A stretch of DNA of 42,966 nucleotides, from contig JAICNY010000001.1 in NCBI GenBank assembly GCA_025930955.1, positions 1-42,966 on the forward strand, in the 5' to 3' direction. The translations under genes and the position numbers were made by a program. Numbering within the stretch: position 1 is the first letter of the stretch; each line of letters opens with the position of its first letter. Shown here one piece after another: positions 36,796 to 42,966 of this stretch. The notes beneath the pieces are model-generated. The model saw only the letters and a list, made by a program, of their open reading frames with translations, was not told the origin of the DNA and made no database searches. The DNA is from Thermoleophilia bacterium (GTDB lineage Bacteria > Actinomycetota > Thermoleophilia > Gaiellales > Gaiellaceae).

Positions 36796-37841
36796 GCGAT
36801 CGCCGCGGACTCGAGCGCGCGGCGGCGCTCCTCGTCGGCGAGCGCGTCGGTGAACTCCGCGAGCTCGCCGTCGAGCACCCGGTCGAGCTGGTGGACGGTC
36901 ACCTTCGCGCGGTGGTCGGTCACGCGGCTCTCCGGGAAGTTGTACGTGCGGATCTTCTCCGACCGCTCGCCCGAGCCGATCTGCGAGCGGCGCTGCGCGG
37001 AGAGCTCCTCCTCCTGGCGGCGGCGCTCGAGCTCGTAGAGCCGGGCGCGCAGGACGCGCATCGCCTTCTGCTTGTTCTGGAGCTGCGACTTCTCGTCCTG
37101 CATCGCGACGACGAGCCCCGTCGGGACGTGCGTGATCCGCACCGCCGAGTCGGTCGTGTTCACGCTCTGGCCGCCCGGGCCGGTCGAGCGGTAGACGTCG
37201 ACCTTGAGGTCGTTCGGGTCGATCTCGACCTCGACCTCCTCGGCCTCGGGCATCACGGCCACGGTGGCCGTCGAGGTGTGGATGCGGCCCTGCGACTCCG
37301 TCTCGGGCACGCGCTGGACGCGGTGCGTGCCGCCCTCCCACTTGAAGACGGAGTACGCGCCGTCGCCCTTGATCGCGAGCGTCGCGTCCTTGTAGCCGCC
37401 CGCCTCGCTCGGGCTCCCGCCGAGCAGCTCGACGCGGAAGCCGCGCCGCTCGGCGTAGCGGGTCAGCATGCGGACGAGGTCGCCGGCCCAGATGGCGGCC
37501 TCGTCGCCGCCGACGCCCTGGCGGACCTCCACGATCACGTCCTTCGCGTCGGCCGGGTCGCGCTCGACGAGCGCGAGCTTCAGCTCCTCCTCGAGCCGCG
37601 CGACCCGCTCCTCGAGGTCGGGGACGAGTTCGCGGAGCTCCCCGTCGCCGCGCGCGTCCGCGAGGTCGGCGCTCGCCTCGCGCCACTCCTGCGCCAGCTT
37701 GTACGGCCCCTCGAGCTCCTTCAGCCGCCGGCCGGCGTCGGCCGCGGTCTTGTGGTCGGCGAAGACGGCAGGGTCGGACATGCGCTCCTGCGCCTCCGCA
37801 TGCGAGCGCTCGAGCTCCGAGACGAGGTCTTCGATGGCCAT
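36792..37841 (-). CDS. prfA: Peptide chain release factor 1
   Basis: RSTGPGGQSVNTTDSAVRITHVPTG (GGQ), PET-type tripeptide region RVQRVPETESQGRIHTS and a typical RF1 length. Confidence 0.95.
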   Translation of the reverse strand: MAIEDLVSELERSHAEAQERMSDPAVFADHKTAADAGRRLKELEGPYKLAQEWREASADLADARGDGELRELVPDLEERVARLEEELKLALVERDPADAKDVIVEVRQGVGGDEAAIWAGDLVRMLTRYAERRGFRVELLGGSPSEAGGYKDATLAIKGDGAYSVFKWEGGTHRVQRVPETESQGRIHTSTATVAVMPEAEEVEVEIDPNDLKVDVYRSTGPGGQSVNTTDSAVRITHVPTGLVVAMQDEKSQLQNKQKAMRVLRARLYELERRRQEEELSAQRRSQIGSGERSEKIRTYNFPESRVTDHRAKVTVHQLDRVLDGELAEFTDALADEERRRALESAAIA

Positions 37842-37868
37842 GGCGACAAGCGTAGCCCGAGGGGCTGC

Positions 37869-38828
37869 TTACGCCATGACCTCCACCTTGCGCTCCTCCG
37901 GGGTGATCCGGCCCTCGATGCGGAGGACCTCCCGGAGCGCTCGGATCGAGACCTCGATCTGGTCGAGCGTGGGCTCGCGCGTCGTCAGGCGCTGGAGCCA
38001 GAGGCCGGGCGCGAGGAGCGTGCGGAGCGCGCGGTGCTCGGGATGCTTCCCGGCGAACCGGATCACCTCGTATGCAAGGCCCGCGATGACCGGCAGGAGC
38101 AGGATCCGCGACGCGATCAGCCAGTACCAGTCCGGCTGGCCGAAGAACGCGAAGACGAAGATCGCGATCACCATCACGTAGAGCAGGAACGCCGTCCCGC
38201 AGCGGACGTGGAGGAGCGAGTAGCGCTGCACGCGCTCGGGCGTCAGCTCGTCGCCCGCCTCGAGGGCGTTGATCGCCTTGTGCTCCGCCGCGTGGTACTG
38301 GAAGACCCGCTTGAGGTCCGGCAGGAGCGAGATGAGCAGGAGGTACGCGATGAAGATGCCGACGCGGACGAGCCCCTCGACGACGACGAACGCGAACGTG
38401 CCGTCGACCGGAAGGAAGCTCGTGATGATCGCCGGCGAGACCTTGAAGAGCAGGAGCGCGAACCCGATCGCGAGACCGAACGCGAAGAGGAGCTGGCCGC
38501 GCGTCAGCTCGGTCGAGATGTCCTCGCCGTCCTCGTTCTCCTCCTGCGCGGCGTAGTTCGCCGAGATGGCGAGCGCGCGGAAGCCGATCGCGAGCGACTC
38601 CCCGAGCGCGATCACGCCGCGGACGACCGGGATCCGCGCCCAGCGGTGGCGGAGCGAGAACGAGGAGATCGGCTGGTTCACCTCCGCGATCTCGCCGTCC
38701 GGCTTGCGGACGGCGACCGACCACGCGGACGGGCTGCGCATCATCACACCCTCGAGCACCGCCTGGCCGCCGATCGGGGCGGCGGAGGCGAAGGGGAGCA
38801 GCAAGCGAAGGCGACGAAGGGCGGACAT
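37869..38828 (-). CDS. DUF1385-family membrane protein (YqhQ-like)
   Basis: IGGQAVLEGVMMRS, YHAAEHKAINALEAGDELTPERVQRYSLLHVRCGTAFLL and several TM helices. It lies between rpmE and prfA, as in many Gram-positives. Confidence 0.75.
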   Translation of the reverse strand: MSALRRLRLLLPFASAAPIGGQAVLEGVMMRSPSAWSVAVRKPDGEIAEVNQPISSFSLRHRWARIPVVRGVIALGESLAIGFRALAISANYAAQEENEDGEDISTELTRGQLLFAFGLAIGFALLLFKVSPAIITSFLPVDGTFAFVVVEGLVRVGIFIAYLLLISLLPDLKRVFQYHAAEHKAINALEAGDELTPERVQRYSLLHVRCGTAFLLYVMVIAIFVFAFFGQPDWYWLIASRILLLPVIAGLAYEVIRFAGKHPEHRALRTLLAPGLWLQRLTTREPTLDQIEVSIRALREVLRIEGRITPEERKVEVMA

Positions 38829-38889
38829 GGGCTCGTTATCGGACGCTCGGGGCGGTTTCCTTGAGCGTCGAGTGCTGCAAGGCGGTCGG

Positions 38890-39105
38890 CTAGCGGTTCG
38901 CCTGGCCCGCGCGCTCGAGACGGCGCTGGAAGCGCTCGACCCGACCGCCGGTGTCCATGAGCTTCTGCTTGCCGGTGTAGAAGGGATGGCACTCGGAGCA
39001 GATCTCGACGTGGAGCTCCGGCTTCGTCGACCGCGTCTCGAACGTGTTCCCGCAGGAGCAGGTGACCGTCGCGGTCACGTACTCGGGATGGATGTCAGGC
39101 TTCAT
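38890..39105 (-). CDS. rpmE: 50S ribosomal protein L31 (Zn-ribbon type A)
   Basis: [27 protein letters not shown]...[15 protein letters not shown], with both CxxC pairs present. Confidence 0.95.
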   Translation of the reverse strand: MKPDIHPEYVTATVTCSCGNTFETRSTKPELHVEICSECHPFYTGKQKLMDTGGRVERFQRRLERAGQANR

Positions 39106-40076
39106 GGGAGGCCCAGGATATCAGAGGCCATGCGGGCCGAGACGTTGCCGCCGCTGACGACGGAGACGACCGTCTTCCCCTCGAGACCGCCGATTCGCCC
39201 GCCCAGGAGCGCGCCGACCGCGGCGGCCGCGGCGGGCTCGACGGCGAGCTTCGCGCGCCCGTAGAGGAAGCGGAACCCGGCGCGGATCTCGTCCTCGGCC
39301 ACGAGCACCGTCTCGACGTCGTGCTCCCGCGTCACCGCCACGCAGCGGCGGCCGGCGAACGGGGCGTTCAGGCCGTCGGCGATCGAGGTCGGGACGATCT
39401 CCACCGGCCGCCCGGCGAGGAGCGCCGCCTGGAGGGCGGCGGAGCCCTCCGGCTCGACGGCGACGACCCGCGCGTCCGGCCGCGCGTCCTTCACCGCGAC
39501 GGTCACGCCGGATACGAGGCCGCCGCCGCCGACCGGGACGACGACGACGTCCACGTCGGGCGCGTCCTCGACGAGCTCGTAGCCGAGCGATCCGTGCCCC
39601 GCGATCACGTCGTGGTCGTCGAAGGGGTGGACGAACGTGCGGCCGGTCTCCTCGGCGATCTCCTGCACGCGGGCGAACGCCTCCTCGGGGCTCGCCGCCT
39701 CCTGGTCGACCGTGGCGCCGTACGCCTGCGTCGCGGCGACCTTGTGCGGGCTCGCGCCCTGCCACATGCAGACGAGACAGTCCACGCCCTCGAGCGCGGC
39801 GCCGTACGCGAGCGCGGCGGCCGCGTTCCCGGCCGAGACCGTCACGACGCCCCTCGCGCGCGCCTCCGCGTCGAGGCCCGCGAGCCGGGCGAGCAGGCCG
39901 CGCGGCTTGAAGGAGCCCGTGCGCTGGAAGAGCTCCGCCTTCAGGAGCGCCGTCCCGCCGAACGCCTCGCCGAGCGTGCGCGAGCTGAGCATCGGCGTGC
40001 GGTGCAGCCGGCCCGCGACCCGGCGCGATGCGCGCGCCACGTCGTCCGGCGTGACGAGGAGCGAGCCGTCGGCCAT
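39102..40076 (-). CDS. PLP-dependent threonine/serine dehydratase-family enzyme (catalytic domain only, no ACT domain)
   Basis: [13 protein letters not shown] (PLP Lys), [13 protein letters not shown] and [15 protein letters not shown] at 40076, and the stop overlaps the rpmE start (ATGA). Confidence 0.8.
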   Translation of the reverse strand: MADGSLLVTPDDVARASRRVAGRLHRTPMLSSRTLGEAFGGTALLKAELFQRTGSFKPRGLLARLAGLDAEARARGVVTVSAGNAAAALAYGAALEGVDCLVCMWQGASPHKVAATQAYGATVDQEAASPEEAFARVQEIAEETGRTFVHPFDDHDVIAGHGSLGYELVEDAPDVDVVVVPVGGGGLVSGVTVAVKDARPDARVVAVEPEGSAALQAALLAGRPVEIVPTSIADGLNAPFAGRRCVAVTREHDVETVLVAEDEIRAGFRFLYGRAKLAVEPAAAAAVGALLGGRIGGLEGKTVVSVVSGGNVSARMASDILGLP

Positions 40077-40093
40077 GCCGCAGAGCCTATGCC

Positions 40094-41785
40094 TTACATC
40101 GAGGAGTACTCGGGCCCGGAGCCGCCCTCGGGCGGAGTGAGCCGGCCGCCCTTGGCGGTGATCGCGCCGCACTGGACGCAGTTCGAGGCGGTGACCTCGA
40201 CGTGAACGAGCCCTTCCCCCGCCTCGGCGCCGACCTCGTAGACCTGCGCCGGGCACATGTGCGCCCAGGCCTCGGCCACCTCGCGCGCGACCGTCGTCTG
40301 CACGCGGAGGTGGTTCGGCGCGTCGTCACGCGTCTTGTTCCCGCTCAGGTAGACGCTCGAGAGCTTGTCGAAGACGAGCTTCCCGTCCGGCGCCGGATAG
40401 GCCGAAGCGCGGTCGCCGACCCGTACGGGCACGTCCGCGTCGTCCTCGAGCCTCAGGTCGCGGGGCGGGAGCTTGCCGAGCGTGTTGAGCGCCGCCCCGG
40501 CGAGGGCGGCGCCGCGGACGAACCCGTGGCGGAAGGCCGGCCGCATGTTCCGAACCCGCTCGAGGTCCTTCCACACGTAGCTCTCCCTGAGCGCCTGGTC
40601 GTAGCCGGCGAGCCCGCCGGGCGCCCACGCGGTCTTCCCCGGGCCGACCGAGTCGACGGCGGTCTCGGCCGCGAGCATCCCGGAGCGCATCGCGTAGTGG
40701 ATCCCCTTGAGCGCCGGCACGTTCACGAGGCCGGCCCCGTCGCCGACGACCATCGCACCGGGCACGTGGAAGCGGTCGGGGAGCGCGAGGAAGCCGCCCT
40801 CCGGGATGGTCTTCGCCCCCCACGCGACACGCTCGCCGCCCTCGAGGATCGCGCGCACCTTCTTGTGCGTCTTGAGCTCCTGGAGGAGGTCGTGGACGCT
40901 CACGGTCGCGTCGGTCGTGTCGAGGCCGACGACCATCCCGAGCGCGACGCGGTCGTCGCCGAGCGGGTAGATGAAGCTCCCGCCGAACTCGCGGTGGCGC
41001 GCGGCGCCGCGCAGCGGCCAGCCCATCGTGTGGATGACGCGCTCGAGCTTCTGCGGGACGCTCCACACCTCCTTGACGCCGAGCGCCCAGACCTGCGGGC
41101 GCGTCTGGAGCCCGAAGCGGTCGAGGAGGACGCCGGTCAGGTGCCCCTGCGTGCCCTCGGCGAGGATCGTGACGCGCGCCTTCATGTCCGAGCCCGGCTC
41201 GAAGTTCCCGAGCTCCTCGCCCGCCTTGCCGCGGCCCCGGTCGCCCGTCCTCACGCCGACGACGCGCCCGCCCGAGACGAGGAGCTGCGTCGCCGCCGTC
41301 TCCGGGACGATCATGACGCCGAGCTCCTCGGCCTTCTCCGCGAGCCAGCGGGACATGTCGCCGACGGACGCGACGTAGTTGCCGTGGTTCCACATGGGCG
41401 GCGGCGCAGGGATCCGCATCGCCGAGCCCTTCGTGAGGTAGTAGACGCCCTCCCGCTCGACCGGCCCCACGAACGGGAAGTCGACGGACGGCATCCCGGG
41501 GAAGAGCTGGCGGAACGCGCGCGGGTTGACGACCGCGCCCGAGAGGAGGTGCGCGCCGACGGCCCTGCCCTTGTCGAGGACGGCGATCGGCACCTCGCCC
41601 AGGCGCTCGACGAGCTCGGGGCGCTCCTGGAGGAGCTGCCCGGCGCGGACGGCCGCCGCGAGGCCCGCGGGCCCGGCGCCGACGATCAGGATGCCGACGT
41701 CGATGCGCTCGTCGGCCGGGTCGGTCGGCTCGGCGACGAACTCGGACGCGCTGAACGGCGGCGGGAAGTCGGCTGGCTTGGCCAC
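40094..41785 (-). CDS. Electron-transfer flavoprotein:quinone oxidoreductase (ETF-QO, FixC/FixX-like fusion)
   Basis: FAD motif VGILIVGAGPAGLAAA, ...GDGAGLVNVPALKGIHYAMRSG and a C-terminal ferredoxin-like CPAQVYE...ASNCVQCGAITAKG. GTG start at 41785. Confidence 0.9.
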   Translation of the reverse strand: MAKPADFPPPFSASEFVAEPTDPADERIDVGILIVGAGPAGLAAAVRAGQLLQERPELVERLGEVPIAVLDKGRAVGAHLLSGAVVNPRAFRQLFPGMPSVDFPFVGPVEREGVYYLTKGSAMRIPAPPPMWNHGNYVASVGDMSRWLAEKAEELGVMIVPETAATQLLVSGGRVVGVRTGDRGRGKAGEELGNFEPGSDMKARVTILAEGTQGHLTGVLLDRFGLQTRPQVWALGVKEVWSVPQKLERVIHTMGWPLRGAARHREFGGSFIYPLGDDRVALGMVVGLDTTDATVSVHDLLQELKTHKKVRAILEGGERVAWGAKTIPEGGFLALPDRFHVPGAMVVGDGAGLVNVPALKGIHYAMRSGMLAAETAVDSVGPGKTAWAPGGLAGYDQALRESYVWKDLERVRNMRPAFRHGFVRGAALAGAALNTLGKLPPRDLRLEDDADVPVRVGDRASAYPAPDGKLVFDKLSSVYLSGNKTRDDAPNHLRVQTTVAREVAEAWAHMCPAQVYEVGAEAGEGLVHVEVTASNCVQCGAITAKGGRLTPPEGGSGPEYSSM

Positions 41786-41796
41786 GCGGCGAGACT

Positions 41797-42759
41797 CTAG
41801 CTTCGGGCCTGGCGGACGAGCTCCGTCAGCTTCGGCACGATCTCGTGCAGGTCGCCGACCACGGCGAGGTCGGCGTACTCGAAGATCGGCGCGTTCGGAT
41901 CCTTGTTGATCGCGACGATCGTGCCGGAGCCCTGCATCCCGACCTTGTGCTGGATCGCGCCGGAGATCCCGCACGCCACGTAGAGCTTCGGCGAGACGTT
42001 CTTACCGGTCTGGCCGACCTGCGTCGCGTAGGGGTACCAGCCGGCGTCGACGACCGCACGCGTGGCGGCGACCGCGCCGCCGAGCGCCTTCGCGAGCTCC
42101 TCGAGGAGCGCGAACTTCTCCGCCTCGCCGAGCCCGCGTCCGCCGGCGACGATCACGTCCGCGTCCTCGATCGACGGGCCGGACGACTCCTCGTGCGCCT
42201 GCTCGAGCATCGCCGTCTGCGTCGACCACTCCTCCACCTCGACGGGCACGTCGCGCAGCTCGGGCGCGCCGCCGTCGCCCGGGGCCGGGTCGAACGCGCC
42301 GGAGCGGAAGAGCCCGAGGCGCGGCTCGCTCTTCCAGCCGACCTCGACCTTCGCCGTGTCGCCGAACGCGAGGGTCGTGCCGACGAGCGTCCCGTCGCGG
42401 CTCTCGAGGTCGACGAGGTCCCAGTTCAGCCCGGCGCCCAGCCGCGCCGCGAGGGCGGCCGCGACGTCGGCCGCGAGGACGCTCGCGGCGAAGAGAACCG
42501 TGTCGATGCCCTCGTCCTGCACGAGGCGCGCGAGCACGTCGACGCGCGGCTGCGGGAGCGGCGCGGCGAGCGAGGCGTCCTCCGCGACGTAGACACGCGA
42601 GGCGCCGTGCGCGCCGAGGCCTTCCGCGACGCCGCGGACGTTCTCGCCCACGACGGCCGCTGCGACGTCGCCGCCCAGGCCCGCCGCCTTGGCGAGGACG
42701 CCGAGCGAGCCCTTCGCGGCCTCGCCCTCGTGGTGCTCGACGAAGACGAGCGTCGTCAT
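41797..42759 (-). CDS. etfA: Electron transfer flavoprotein alpha subunit
   Basis: ...VAGGRGLG..., PKLYVACGISGAIQHKVGMQGSGTIVAINKDPNAPIF. Confidence 0.92.
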   Translation of the reverse strand: MTTLVFVEHHEGEAAKGSLGVLAKAAGLGGDVAAAVVGENVRGVAEGLGAHGASRVYVAEDASLAAPLPQPRVDVLARLVQDEGIDTVLFAASVLAADVAAALAARLGAGLNWDLVDLESRDGTLVGTTLAFGDTAKVEVGWKSEPRLGLFRSGAFDPAPGDGGAPELRDVPVEVEEWSTQTAMLEQAHEESSGPSIEDADVIVAGGRGLGEAEKFALLEELAKALGGAVAATRAVVDAGWYPYATQVGQTGKNVSPKLYVACGISGAIQHKVGMQGSGTIVAINKDPNAPIFEYADLAVVGDLHEIVPKLTELVRQARS

Positions 42760-42966
42760 ACGAGCTTCCGCTCCCGCAGGTAGGCGAGGATCTTCTCCGC
42801 CGAGTCGCCCCCCTCGTCGTCGATCCGCTGCGTCTCGCCGCGCGGGGGCGGGTCGCCGGTGCCGAGCACCTCCGTGCGCGAGCCGGCCTCCCCCACCTCG
42901 CCCGCGTCGACCCCGAGGTCGGAGAGCGACACGGTGTCGACGGGCTTCTTCTTCGCGCCCATGATC
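42756..42966 (-). CDS. etfB: Electron transfer flavoprotein beta subunit, C-terminal fragment (5' end outside the window)
   Basis: The frame is open to the window edge, and the C-terminal ...GDSAEKILAYLRERKLV is typical of ETF-beta. The stop overlaps the etfA start. Confidence 0.75.
   Translation of the reverse strand, partial: IMGAKKKPVDTVSLSDLGVDAGEVGEAGSRTEVLGTGDPPPRGETQRIDDEGGDSAEKILAYLRERKLV

Noticed and set aside
35929-38724. 931-aa ORF reported by the track
   Set aside because: Only the 3' 867 nt (35929-36795) encodes PrmC. The upstream part overlaps prfA and DUF1385 in another frame and translates to Arg/Gly/Pro-rich sequence.

Overview
This is a very GC-rich, gene-dense window with about 43 CDSs and no rRNA, tRNA, CRISPR or recognisable mobile-element genes. 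It carries the Actinobacteria-type housekeeping backbone on the minus strand: etfB-etfA-ETF:QO, a dehydratase, rpmE, prfA, prmC, tsaC, glyA, upp, wecA and the F-type ATP synthase genes. The backbone keeps its order and orientation but is interrupted by several accessory blocks.

The main observation is that the ATP synthase operon is split into three pieces.
- atpZ-atpI-atpB-atpE-atpF-atpH lies at 18163-20946.
- atpA-atpG lies at 9661-12087.
- atpD lies at 1-835.

Between atpH and atpA sits a 6.1 kb opposite-strand cassette. It holds two paralogous membrane-anchored sulfatase/LtaS-like proteins, one of which has degenerate catalytic residues. Between them are a 58-aa single-TM protein and a kinase-like/SAM-methyltransferase fusion. 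This cassette is my best candidate for an uncharacterised cell-envelope modification system.

Between atpG and atpD sits a collinear 8.8 kb block. It holds an Opp/Dpp-type peptide ABC transporter with two binding proteins in an odd gene order, plus an orphan zf-HC2 anti-sigma factor.

Other items of note:
- A nucleotide-sugar module lies divergent from wecA and ends in an unusual xylose-isomerase-like TIM-barrel::CapD dehydratase fusion.
- A polar amino-acid ABC transporter is inserted between prmC and tsaC.
- A strong hairpin sits in the glyA leader.
- 4-nt start/stop overlaps (ATGA/GTGA) are pervasive.

All family calls come from motif recognition by eye. No database searches were run.
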